The notes under the pieces are model-generated. The model saw only the letters and a list, made by a program, of their open reading frames with translations. It was not told where the DNA came from and ran no database searches. DNA of 63,529 nucleotides, counting the filler. It is 10 parts of 10 records of this genome, joined end to end, with 100 filler letters (N's around TTAATTAATTAA, not from the genome) between each part and the next. Parts side by side here need not be neighbours in the genome. Positions count along the whole stretch, not along the records: positions 32,190 to 39,834 come from SRR31147125_104662; positions 39,935 to 45,112 come from SRR31147125_104705; positions 45,213 to 50,666 come from SRR31147125_105131; 7 more parts are not named here. The stretch is one strand, 5' to 3'. Numbering within the stretch: the stretch's first letter is position 1; each line of letters starts with the position of its first letter. A program made the position numbers and the translations under genes. This document shows positions 34,216 to 45,401 of this stretch, one piece after another.

Positions 34216-36343
34216 ACATCCACATCCGCCTCCCCCTCGTTGTCCCCATCATCGTCATAAAATTCACGATCGTCATCCACCCGTCGATCTAACTGACGTT
34301 CTGATGCATCATCATCATCACCATCACCCTTGTGAACAAGACGTCCCTTCGTGGAGTACAGCAACGTACGGCTCTCTCGGACATCGGGATCTTCCTCATC
34401 GTCATCATCGGAAAAATAGGTATCCGGGGGTACCTTGGGGTTGGGATGGAACAACAATTGTTGAGTAAGCCAACAAATCGATCGATGAGACGTCATACCT
34501 CCTGCATGGAAACACCCGGCGCGCCTGGCAAATTCCTCAGGTTCTCTAAAATCTTGATCCTAAGCCAGAGTTAAGACGGTGCTTCACAGGAAAACCATCA
34601 TCGCACTTGTTCTTCTCAAGGTAGTCTGTGGTGTTAAGGTTCTCCATGTTGCTGGCCTGTGGAGAGAGAACAAACCACCGTGAGGAGATCCAAAGTCTTT
34701 GGAATCGATCCCTCCAGCCTACCTGGATATGAAGCTGGAAGTCTGGCCCGAAATACTCAAAGAAATCATTGTAGGGAAGGTCATTCGACAACTCCGAGCC
34801 GAGAAGGACACCCGTCTCGAAGGCCCAGCATCGTGCCACGTTGCGGATAGTGTACCCTCCACCACCAAGCACCAGCACAGGCACGCCGAAACTCTTCACA
34901 AAGCGAACACATTCGCCGTGTCCACGCAACGTGAGGTTGAAGCAGCCGAGTCGATCCCCCGAAAGAGAATCGGCTCCACACTGTAAGACAATCGCACCCG
35001 GACAGTACACTTCCATTACTTTTTCGATTACCTAGTTTGTACACCATTGGGGAGGAAGGAGACACACACACACACACACGTACAGGCTTAAAGACCGACT
35101 CATAATTCTTGTCGTCAATCCCATCCACGAGAGGGAAATTCACGGCATAGTGTTTCCCACGGGATGCTCCAATGTCCTGGGGAGATAGATGAGCGGAGCA
35201 GGGGAAGGAAAGGAAGACGCACTCGAATATCCCCTGTTCCCGGAAAGTACTCCCCGAACTTATGGAAGGAGACCGTCATCACTCGCTCGGTCGTGTAGAA
35301 GGCCTCTTCGACACCATCGCCATGGTGGATATCGATGTCAATGTACAAGACACGCGAATGATATCTACAGAGGGAGGGAGGGAGGGTGGGAGGGAGGGAG
35401 GGAGGGATGGGTGAGGGAGGCGCAGACGAGAGGGGAGACGTACTTGAGAAGTTCCAGAATTCCCAATACGATATCGTTAATATAGCAAAACCCGGATGCT
35501 TCAGACTTCTTTGCATGGTGTAGACCACCCGCCCAGTTGATGGCAATGCTTGCCAGGCCTTGATTCAGTTTCACAGCACCATCTGGAGCAAGACGTTCGT
35601 ATCCATACGTACGCTCGTAGCCCCCTCCAGGACGAAACGTACCCACAGAACCGCCCGCCGAGATCTGACAGAACTGGTACATGCCATCGAACACAGGGCA
35701 ATCCTCTCCCACGTTGACTGTGCCCAGAACGTCACCGTCTTACATGGAACAAGAACCAACCCTTCTACGTACAGCGCTGAAGTTGCCGTTGATATTCATG
35801 CATGTTGTCGGGGGTGATGACCCGCAAGAAGTTGACGTAGTCGTCTGCATGAAACCGAGTCAACTCTTGGTCTGACGCCAGATGAGGTCGCTGGGGAGGT
35901 CATGCGTGCGTAAGGAGAGTTTTCGCGGGCTGGCGGGCGTACGTAGACTTCCATCTTCTTGTACACGCCGTAGTTGAGAAGAAGGTTGTGGGTCATGCGA
36001 ATACGATGGGGCTTCATGGGATGACCTTGCCCGTAGTAGTAGTTTCCCACGTCGCCTGGACGGTGATGCAGTGAGTGGACGGGGACGGTGCGTGTCCGTT
36101 CACCCACAAGGCGTGTAGGACACTTCCAACATGCAAGAGACACGGTACGACCCTCGCGTGGGTGGTGTGCAGGCGATTCGCCACGGCCATTGGCCCGCTC
36201 GCCCTCCCCGTTCGTTCGCCCTCGTTTTCCTCCCCCTCCCCCTCCCCCCTCCCCCGCCACCCCTCCCCGCCTCCTTCGCGAACAGACTCCTCTTTGTACG
36301 TACCATCGTAGAAGTAACAGACCTGTGGCTTTCGTGATCCCAT
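34212..36343 (-). CDS. Class I histone deacetylase (RPD3/HDAC1-like), 12 exons, about 430 aa
   Basis: [43 protein letters not shown]. Introns: 36056-36303, 35891-35942, 35718-35772, 35583-35642, 35365-35443, 35177-35222, 35032-35083, 34657-34722, 34560-34606, 34434-34498, 34301-34369; exons sum to 1293 nt. Confidence 0.95.
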
Positions 36344-36428
36344 GACACCACCAGGGGAGGGGAGTGTTGGATCTTTTTTTGTATTGATGGTGCTTTCGTT
36401 CTGATGTACGCACACGTGCCATCCTCCC

Positions 36429-38922
36429 TCATACGTTGGAATTGTAAGACTTGGCAAACTTGGTTGCGTCGACTGAATTCTTCTCATCCACATCCCATGG
36501 TCGAAAATCACAACTTGCACAACGTTGGACGGCAATCTCATAGTTGAGGATACGGGATAAGACTTGCAGGGGAAAGGCGACGGCATAGCTTGGATATTGC
36601 ATGTAGAGAAGATGTCGATGACCCGTGCCAACACAACTGTGATCAAAGAACGAATGGTTGTCCTTCGCAAACGTGTCCAGAAGATAATGCACAGCGCCAT
36701 CAATGGCCCGCTCGGTAACATTGAATCCAGCCAACTTGGCCTCCCAAAGTCCCATGAGGGCCCAAGATGTCTGAGACGGCGTGGATACGCCTCGGCCCAT
36801 CCATACGGGATCATCGTAGCTCCTGGGAGCCTCTCCATACCCACCATCTGCGTTTTGTACCTGGGGATGACGACTGGTGTCATCGAGGAAACATGTTCTT
36901 CAATCCTCCATCACGCACAGATTGGAGCCAGACAACTGTTTTCTGAAGCCATGGCTCTGTGTGTTTCAGCTCACCCACGCGTGCCAGTCCCACCAAAAGC
37001 GGTCCTGTAGCGTACAGGTAGTTGATTCCCCAGCGTCCGGTAAAGGATCCCACACTCTCTTGTTGGTTCTTGACATACTGCATACGAGAAAGAATGAAGT
37101 GATGAAGAGGAAATCCACGCGACAAACCTTCAGAGCCCTGCTAACAACACTTGGATAGGCCTCGTGCATTCCTGTGATTCCCATTGCTTCCAAAATATGT
37201 GCCGTCAAGTCAACACAACTCTCATCAAAGAGTTCTGCTGAATCAGTGAATTGACGTGCCATGAACTGAGGGATCGCGCGTGAATCACAACTCTTTTTCT
37301 TTCCTGGGACACGTACCTTAATGATCCAGCTTCCATCACGATCACGATCAAAGGCGGGCCATCCCCCATCCGGATTTTGCATTGTGGCAATCCATTTCAT
37401 GGCATCTTCCATTTCTTTCATCATCCCTGTTGAGATCCAGTATGTGTGTTACTCCTTTCTCTCTTTCCTCTCTTTCCCCATCGTACACCCGCCGGTCGTA
37501 CCCATGGAGTGGAAGAACATCATGAGCATACTTGTGTCATCGGTATCGGGTGCATACCAGAAGTCGATCCCAAAGCCAATGGCATCATTGGGAGAACGAT
37601 TCTTCTTGATGTATTCAACCGTCGACTGAAATTCCGTGGGAGACTTTCCCGCTTCCAGCAGTGCATTCGAAATAAGGAGTGTATCCCAATAATGTCCATC
37701 ATCCAGAACGCCGCGATAGGCAGCCGGTCCCGTGTCAAAGTAGTAGTAATCCACACGTTGAAGACCCCTGAGACAGGCATCCTGGAGAGTACGATCAAAT
37801 CCTGGATCAATGAACTTGGCAAAGCGCATGCGGTAATCCAAGATCGACATGATGGAAAACAGAGTTGATACCGTGTACGCTCCAAAAAGCCCAGCAGGTT
37901 GTTGAATCTCAAGCATTTTGAGAATTGCATTCTTCTCGGGTCCGGTGGGAGGAGAATTCGATGGTACGGTGGACATGCGTGGCATGTTCTTCGGTGCTGT
38001 ATACTTGTAGCCATTTGAGAGTTCATCAAGTCGGAAATGCTCTCCTGTTGAAAAGATTAGGTGGGGGTGGAGATCTCTTCCATCCGTACCGAGATTCACC
38101 GAGACCTTAAAATGTCGAAGGTAGGAGATGGGAAGCATGTGCGGATAGACCCACTGGGCCACCATGTGTTGTGCGTGGGCGATCTTCCCCAAGCCATGGT
38201 CCTCGAAGATAAAAAGAGGGATCTTGGACATGAAGTCCCACGAGACCACTCCAAAGAGGGAGAGCCACGCCTTGTTCATAGTGCACGTGCGGGCCAATCC
38301 CCCTGTGTACCCCTATCAGGCATCCATCCATCCTCTATCCCTGTGTGTGTGTGTATCGACCCTATCGCATACGTGCAAACACGGACAGGACACACCCCGT
38401 GCCCATCGCACGTGCCCACCCACCTCGTGAAAGAATGAATTCCTTGGCTCGTTCCAGAGATGCATTCCATGCATTAGTACCCAAGTGTTGTGCTCGTGCT
38501 TTGAGATACCAGTAGTTGGAAAGAGTGTGATCGAACCAGCCCGAATCCTCGTTGAGATCGTCCACACCCGTCCAGGACCCATCCGGAAATTGGGCCTCAC
38601 GTAGAGTCCGTACCAAAATGTCGTGATCAAGATGACTGGTGTGCTCAAGTTTCACTTCAAGTCCCTCCGTCAGCCACTCGTGAATGAGTGCGTAGAGACT
38701 GATGAAGCTTGTTCCGAGAAAGGAAGGCATACACCAGTAGGTACCATTGATACGGAGTTCCATTGCATTGTGCGATGCTTGTGTGACCACAGACTGTAAG
38801 GTATCCACGGAGACAGACGTAGCCGACGGAGGACAATCCGTAGCACCATAAATCTTGGATGGAATTCCTCCTACAAGGAGAATGAACAGGAATACACACG
38901 ATCGTTGTGAAGAGTTCCACAT
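36429..38922 (-). CDS. Squalene-tetrahymanol cyclase-like triterpene cyclase, 7 exons, about 697 aa
   Basis: DxDD motif YAPDTDDT; QW repeats QFPDGSW, QNPDGGW, QNADGGYGE; GRWGINY; STPSQTSWA. Introns: 38303-38423, 38045-38089, 37427-37501, 37266-37316, 37078-37127, 36861-36918; exons sum to 2094 nt. Confidence 0.88.
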
Positions 38923-39192
38923 GACGCCAGATGGGGAGGTGGGAAAGGAGGGCCACGTGCGACAGGGACACCGAAACCAGCAGGCACGTGACAAGACCTT
39001 TCACAAAAATTATGGGATTATGGGACACGATCTCCAAGGATCACCGCCACACGACCACCACCACCACACCACCACCACCACGAGACATGCCGAACCAATC
39101 CTCCACTCCATGAGAGAAACGATTGATCACCAGGAGAATGCAATCCTGGACAGAGAGAGAGAATTCCTTTTTCCTTCTCTGTCGGCGGTGGG

Positions 39193-39834
39193 ATGTCCGG
39201 TCGTTCGCCTAGTCCCGTTCCCCGTGGACATCGAGATGAATCCCCACCTCTTCGTGAGAGGTCTCGTTCACGCTCACGTTCTCCACCTCCTCTTCGTCCT
39301 ATCTTTGTGGGTGGTTTCGATCCCTACACCGAGGTGCGTGACCTAGAAGAACTCTTCAGCAAATATGGCCATGTGAACCGTGTTGGTACGTGAGAGGAGA
39401 ACACCACTTCTTCCATTCAACGTACGTGTGTGGCGTAGACATGAAAGTTGGCTACGCTTTTGTTTTCATGGGAGACGGAGCGGAACGTGCTGTTCGTACC
39501 TTGGACCGTACGGAGTTCGGACGAGACTATCGTCGGCTGAAGGTGATGGAGTTCTGCCCCCCTTCCCCTCCTCTCTCCTCCCCTTCTACGCCACCCATAC
39601 CTCACCCAATCCATAGATTGAATTTGCTCGTGGAGATGGAAGCATCAAGCGGTGCGTTCTTCCTCACACGTTCCCGTACCAACACGTAGTGGTGTATGTA
39701 GACGTGAACAACAACGGAGGGATGTTGTGAACCGTACCCCTACCCCTACCCTCTTTGTTGTGGGCTTTGATCCATTCCGCACACGAGAAGGAGACCTGGA
39801 GGACTTCTTCAGCAAGTTCGGTCGCATCATACGC
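39193..39834 (+). CDS. SR splicing factor with two RRMs, resembling the plant RS31/RS40 subfamily; spliced, 3'-truncated
   Basis: RPIFVGGF...RV|DMKVGYAFVFM...RRLK|IEFARGDG...PTPTLFVVGFDPFRT; three GT-AG introns; N-terminal RS tract. Confidence 0.85.
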
Positions 39835-39936
39835 NNNNNNNNNNNNNNNNNNNNNNNNNNNNNNNNNNNNNNNNNNNNTTAATTAATTAANNNNNNNNNN
39901 NNNNNNNNNNNNNNNNNNNNNNNNNNNNNNNNNNTT

Positions 39937-39958
39937 GTCGGCGCAAGCACCGACCTAC
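39937..39958 (-). repeat. GTAG-type REP-like palindrome
   Basis: Minus strand GTAG followed by GTCGGTGC-TT-GCGCCGAC, next to a contig break; only one copy visible. Confidence 0.5.
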
Positions 39959-39999
39959 AATGGCGCTAGCATAGAAGGAAACCAGCTAACTCTACCCTG

Positions 40000-42243
40000 C
40001 TATTTCCGGCTCTCAAGCCACTTCGTTAAAGCCTCTGCTGACAGGGGCTTGGAAAAGTAGTAACCCTGCATCCCCCTTACTTCCCGCTCCTGAAACACGG
40101 CTGCCTGCTCTTGAGTCTCCACGCCTTCCACAATGACGCTAAAGCTAAGGTGATGAGAGAGAGCAATAATGGCATCCACAATGCCTGTGCCCACATCTGT
40201 GGTGTGAATATTATCGACAAAGCTTTTATCAATTTTTAGCTCATCAATGGGGAAGGTCTGTAAATAGGTCAGTGAGGAGTAGCCGGTACCGAAGTCATCA
40301 ATGGAAAAGCGAAAGCCTTCATCCCTGAGCTCTTTCATCTGAGCAATGGTAAAGTCGATGTTGTCGATCAGCATGCTTTCAGTGATCTCCAGTTTAATCT
40401 CACTGGCGGTCACGCCCATGCTCCTCATTACCCCCAGCAAGCTCTCTTTTAGATCAGAGCCACCAAACTGCACGGCACTGATATTCACGGCAATACTAAA
40501 GCTCTCCTGCACCAGCTTTTTCTGCTTGAGCTGCAAGATCAGTTCACAGGAGTCTCTGAGCACTATCTCTTGCAGTTGATTCATCAGGCCCATCTTTTCG
40601 GCCAGAGGAATAAACTCCATGGGAGAGATAAAGCCCCGTTCTGGGTGCTGCCAACGCAACAGCGCCTCTGCCCCAAGCAGCTCGCCCTGAACCCCAATTT
40701 GAGGTTGAAAATAGGCACAAAAATGGTTGGCCTTAATGGAGTCGAGAATGGCTTTTTCCAGCTCCATTCTGTCATCTAAAATCTTTTGCAGGTTCGGATC
40801 AAAGAAGGTGTAGTTGCGCCCTCCCTGACTCTTGGAGCGATACATAGCGGTATCCGCTCGCCTGAGCACTTCATCCGCGCCCTGGCCTGACTCGTTGATC
40901 ACGCTAACCCCAATACTCACACCAATGCGATACTCGTTTTGGTCCAGTGTAAAACCATAATCAAAACAGCGAATAATCTTCTTCGCCACCTCAGAGGCTT
41001 CATCACAGATGAGATCCACATCGGCATCCCACGCCTCCAGGATGACAATGAATTCATCGCCTCCGATACGGGCAAACAGATCACTCTCTCTGAGTAGAGG
41101 ACGAATGCGCTCAGCCACCATCACCAACAGGCGATCCCCCACTGAGTGCCCCAAGGAGTCATTGATGCGCTTAAAGTCATCCAGATCCAGGTAGAGGAGC
41201 ACCCCGTAAAGGTTATTCCGACGGGCTTTAACAATCAGCTGCTGCAACCGTTCGAGTAGCAGGCGCCTGTTGGGCAGTGCCGTGAGCGGATCAAAAAAGG
41301 CGAGCTTTTCTATCTGCAGTTCCGCCTGCTTCTGTTCGGTAATGTCCCGCACCATCCACAACAGGTGCTTCTTTTCGGGTTGATCAGCCAGGTAGTTGTT
41401 AATCTGTTGAAAACGCCCCTCGTAATTGCGCTTCTCATCCCCTTGGGTCACCTGAAATTCGAACTTTTCAATATCGGTGGAGTTCAGTGCCTTATTAAGC
41501 ACCGCCATGATAAGAGACGCAGTCTCTTCCTGAAACACGCTGTATAGATTGTGACCCAGTAACCTCTTACTGCTGCCAAACAGGTTATCACGCCCCGCTC
41601 CGTAACAATCTAAAAAGCGGCCATCTTCACCCAAAATAAGGGCTAGATCGGGCATCACACTGGTAAAAGAGGCGAACTTCTCATTGCTGGCTCTAAGTTC
41701 AGTGGCCAAGCTGAGTTCCCGCTCAGCCGAACGACTTCTCTCGATGGCCAACCCGGAGAGCATGGTAAAGCGCTCAATGAGCTCCAAGTGAAAGCAAGAG
41801 GGCGTTTTAGGCTCTTCATAATAGATAGCAAAACTGCCCAGCACCTCCCCTGTGGAGGAGTAGATCGGGGTCGACCAACAAGCTTTCAAACCATTTGAGA
41901 GCGCTATTTCTGCAAAGCCTTGCCAGAGGGGATCGCTGGCAATATCAGTAACAATGATCTGTTTTTTCAGGTAGGTTGCTGCGCCACATGATCCCACCGC
42001 AGGACCTATGGTGACGCCATCGGTCGCCTCACAATAAGCGGCAGGTATGCTAGGCGCCGCACCGTGAACGAGTTGGTGACCTTGAAGCAATAAAATAGAG
42101 CTGTGCGCTAAAGGATCATCCAATATGGACTCTATCCAGCAACAGATCTTCTCCAGACTCTCCTTTAAGGGTCTGGCTAAAGCGACCTGGGTGATCACCT
42201 CTTGTTGCGCTTCCAGCGTTGCTGCAAGCTGCTCTCTATTCAT
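40000..42243 (-). CDS. GAF-PAS-GGDEF-EAL c-di-GMP enzyme
   Basis: GAF (GSCG, ACWSTPI), FDPLTALPNR, RIGGDEF, AEALLRW, IDDFGTGYSS, EGVET. Confidence 0.93.
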   Translation of the reverse strand: MNREQLAATLEAQQEVITQVALARPLKESLEKICCWIESILDDPLAHSSILLLQGHQLVHGAAPSIPAAYCEATDGVTIGPAVGSCGAATYLKKQIIVTDIASDPLWQGFAEIALSNGLKACWSTPIYSSTGEVLGSFAIYYEEPKTPSCFHLELIERFTMLSGLAIERSRSAERELSLATELRASNEKFASFTSVMPDLALILGEDGRFLDCYGAGRDNLFGSSKRLLGHNLYSVFQEETASLIMAVLNKALNSTDIEKFEFQVTQGDEKRNYEGRFQQINNYLADQPEKKHLLWMVRDITEQKQAELQIEKLAFFDPLTALPNRRLLLERLQQLIVKARRNNLYGVLLYLDLDDFKRINDSLGHSVGDRLLVMVAERIRPLLRESDLFARIGGDEFIVILEAWDADVDLICDEASEVAKKIIRCFDYGFTLDQNEYRIGVSIGVSVINESGQGADEVLRRADTAMYRSKSQGGRNYTFFDPNLQKILDDRMELEKAILDSIKANHFCAYFQPQIGVQGELLGAEALLRWQHPERGFISPMEFIPLAEKMGLMNQLQEIVLRDSCELILQLKQKKLVQESFSIAVNISAVQFGGSDLKESLLGVMRSMGVTASEIKLEITESMLIDNIDFTIAQMKELRDEGFRFSIDDFGTGYSSLTYLQTFPIDELKIDKSFVDNIHTTDVGTGIVDAIIALSHHLSFSVIVEGVETQEQAAVFQEREVRGMQGYYFSKPLSAEALTKWLESRK

Positions 42244-42396
42244 TGCCACAAAACAAACCACAACTGCCTAGTTAATGGCTGAAGAATAGTGCATAAACAA
42301 GGAGCTAATCTACTTCGGAGGCTCTCTTTGGAAAGAGGTTTTCAAGTTTTAGAGGCAGCTCTAAATTTGACTCCGAAAAGCATTGCAACGAGGGCC

Positions 42397-43281
42397 CTAA
42401 TCAAACTGTCGGCTGACATCCACAGAGACGTTCATCACGGGTGCTTCGCCACCACCAAAAATCACCCCTTTCAACGGCGTTACATCAAAGTAGTCTCGCC
42501 CCCAGGCGGTGATGATGTGCTGCTCGCCCGCCATGCAGTTATTGGTGGGGTCAAACTCCACCCAGCCTTCCCGTGGCGAGTAGACCGACAACCAGGCGTG
42601 GCTGGCATCGGAGCCCACCAGCTTCTCCTGGCCCGGAGGTGGCAAAGTTTCAATATAACCAGAGACGTATTTAGCGGCGTAACCCAGGGCTCTTAAGCAG
42701 CCAATCTGAAGATGAGCGAAATCCTGGCAAACCCCTTTTTTGGTGGCCAGCACCTCGGTTAATGGTGTTGACAGCGTGGTGGACTCTGAGCAGTAGGTAA
42801 ACTCTTCGAAGATACGTTGGGTCAGCTCCATGACGGCCGACAGCAAAGGACGATCCGGAGAAAACGAAGGCTGGGCATAGGCCTTTAGCTCTTCCAGAAT
42901 AGGCACCATGGGTGAGCTTAGGGCAAATTCACGGGCCAATAAGGTCTCCGCCGCATGGTCGTTTTCCATCAACGCCAAACTCTCAGCACAGCTGGTGCCA
43001 AAGTCGAGATCACAGGCGGTGTGCTGAGGTTCTGTTTCAACCACACTCAGGGATTCAATCACCAGTGACTGATGTGCCCGCTGCACCTCAAAGTGGTAAG
43101 CCTGATTGCCAAAGTAGTCCTGTCGCTGGCTGGTGACCGCTGTTATGGGAGAGATAGAGACCTGGCTGGAAAGACAGCGCTGGCGCAAACTGCTCCTTGG
43201 GATCAGGTGCGCCAGGTTGTAGCAGTGGGAGACAGGCTCGGCATAGTCGTACTCTGTGATATGGCGAATTTGGTATTTCAC
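42397..43281 (-). CDS. Transglutaminase-family protein with Bact_transglu_N domain
   Basis: YQIRHITEYDY, DYFGN, GVCQDFAH, YVSGY, SHAW, FDPTN, GRDY; start overlaps the upstream stop (GTGA). Confidence 0.92.
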   Translation of the reverse strand: MKYQIRHITEYDYAEPVSHCYNLAHLIPRSSLRQRCLSSQVSISPITAVTSQRQDYFGNQAYHFEVQRAHQSLVIESLSVVETEPQHTACDLDFGTSCAESLALMENDHAAETLLAREFALSSPMVPILEELKAYAQPSFSPDRPLLSAVMELTQRIFEEFTYCSESTTLSTPLTEVLATKKGVCQDFAHLQIGCLRALGYAAKYVSGYIETLPPPGQEKLVGSDASHAWLSVYSPREGWVEFDPTNNCMAGEQHIITAWGRDYFDVTPLKGVIFGGGEAPVMNVSVDVSRQFD

Positions 43282-45112
43282 GACTCTTCCTCCCAAACGC
43301 CACGGACCAACTGCTGCGAGACCTGACGATGATCGAAGTATTTACTGGCCACCAGGGTGGCGGTGGAGTCCATCAGCTGTTGAATTCTTAACAATAGCTG
43401 CTCCAACACCTGACGCCGGCCATTTTCGCGGCCACTCAGCTGAGTGAGCACGGACATCTTAATTTGCGACACGGCATCGATCACGGCTCTGACCTCAGGG
43501 GCCAGTTCATGCCGGTTCTCCTGCGCTTTTGGCAGGCTAGTGACCTGCTCTTGCAGCTGCTCCAACTGGTAGAGCATGCTGCGCGGATTGGCCATGTCGA
43601 GCAGGACCAGATCCAGCGCCGATTGAACACCCAAACGCGCACCAAACTGGCGGCGATAGGTGATCAGCACCTCTTGTGACAAGAGCAAAGATTGCAGCAG
43701 CACCGATTGCTCTTGTTCCGGCACTTCGGGCACCACCAGCCCTTGATTAAGCGGCTGGTTTGAAGCACACGTTCCGCTCGGCGACCAATTTCCAAAAAGC
43801 GCCAACCCATGCCCCGAATCATGCTCTCCTGCACTAAACCGGAGAAGGCTAACAAGGCCGTCACCAGCGGATCTAACGCCTCTTCCGGTGCAGCTGTCAG
43901 ACGCTCTTCCATCACCCGCTGCAGCTCATCCATGGCATCGGAAATATCGTTCACCACCCGCAACATGTCAGAAGAGAGTAGCTCTTTCGATTCATCAGCA
44001 CAGTTCAACATGGCCTGAATATTCGCTCTCACACTGCCGGGTACATCCCCCTGACAAGTCACCCTTAACAGTTCAGGCAACGGCTCTTCGAGCAATTCAG
44101 CTTGCGCGCCCACAAAGCCGGGCACCATGCCACTGAGCTGAGTGACCGTTTGCAACAGATGACTTCTGCTTCTTAGGCTAAGAGTTTCATCGCCATTAAG
44201 CATTACAAAGACAGTGCGTAGCAGGCGCAGCAAGGCCTCGGCACGAACGGCGTACCGCCCCATCCAGAACAGATTTTCCACCACCCGGCTGGGCAGGTTG
44301 ACCAAAGCTCCTTGGGTCATTGCCGGTGAGATCTGCTCGGCCTGCGACGGGATCCGTTCAGGCTCAGAAGCCAGCACCCAGGTATCTTTACTGCGCGACC
44401 CCAACTGATTGGCAATGGTCAGGGTATTCGGCTCCAGGCCAACCCGAGTCAGGCCGCCAGGCATTAAGGTGTAGGAGCCTTCGCCCGCAACTGCATAGGT
44501 TCTGAGTACCGCAGGTCGTGCAGTTAACTCAGGGCCAATCAGGCTGGGCAGCAGAGGCGCTGAAAGTTGCTCTTGCGCCACATAGCGCATGGGCCGCTTG
44601 CTAATGGCTTCGGCCAACTCTTGCAGCTGTTGTGAACTCTGCTCACTGCCAAAAATCGATTTACCATGGCCAGCAAAGGTCTGCTTGATGACCAGTCGAT
44701 GCAGGTTCGCCAGCACATAGTCTCTATCTTTTGGATCTCCGCACCAGTAGGTGGGCACAGTGGCCAGACGAGGCTCCCTGCCTAGCAGCTCTTTGCCAAT
44801 TTCGGGTAGGTACTTGAGCAGAGCCGGTGACTCCAGAATGCCAGAGCCCAGCGGATTCACCACCACCACACGCCCAGCTCGGATCACTTCGAGCAGGCCG
44901 GGCACACCCAGCAGGGAGTCGCCCCTAAGCTCAACCGGGTCGCAATAGAGATCATCCACTCGGCGCCAAATGACATCGACCCGACTCAACCCATTGAGGG
45001 ACTTCATCCAGACAAAGCCGTTGCGCACTAAAAGGTCGCCGCTTTGAACCAGATGCAGACCTAAATAATTCGCCAGATAGGCGTGCTCAAAGTAGGTTTC
45101 GTTGTGTGCCCC
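43278..45112 (-). CDS. Circularly permuted type 2 ATP-grasp fused to an alpha-E domain, 5'-truncated, frameshift near 43740
   Basis: ETYFEHAYLA, WRRVDD...DPVEL...GVPGL, NPLGSG, MPGGLTRV, SKDTWV; alpha-E FWMGRY, GRRAER, NPRS. Confidence 0.9.
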
Positions 45113-45212
45113 NNNNNNNNNNNNNNNNNNNNNNNNNNNNNNNNNNNNNNNNNNNNTTAATTAATTAANNNNNNNNNNNNNNNNNNNNNNNNNNNNNNNN
45201 NNNNNNNNNNNN

Positions 45213-45398
45213 GGGCAGGTGCTCATTCCGCCGACGCTGCGTGCAGATGCAGCGCTCGAAAAAGAGATCACCCTGGTCGGCGTGTTGGATCATTTCGAAA
45301 TCTGGTCACAGGAAAAGTATGCCCAGGAGAAAGCGGCGATGGGCGCAGACATGCAACGGGCGGAGGTGGCCGAAGAAATCGCTAAATTAGGGCTATAG
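45213..45398 (+). CDS. mraZ: MraZ, 3' fragment
   Basis: GQVLIPPTLR...LVGVLDHFEIWS; directly upstream of rsmH. Confidence 0.9.
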   Translation, partial: GQVLIPPTLRADAALEKEITLVGVLDHFEIWSQEKYAQEKAAMGADMQRAEVAEEIAKLGL

Positions 45399-45401
45399 GC
45401 A

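Noticed and set aside
35063-35406. (CA)n and (GGGA)n tracts, also (CCT)n near 32190
   Set aside because: Ordinary microsatellites within introns or at a contig edge
32190-39834. Eukaryote-to-bacterium transfer of HDAC or cyclase
   Set aside because: The segment is bounded by spacers and every recognisable gene in it has spliceosomal introns
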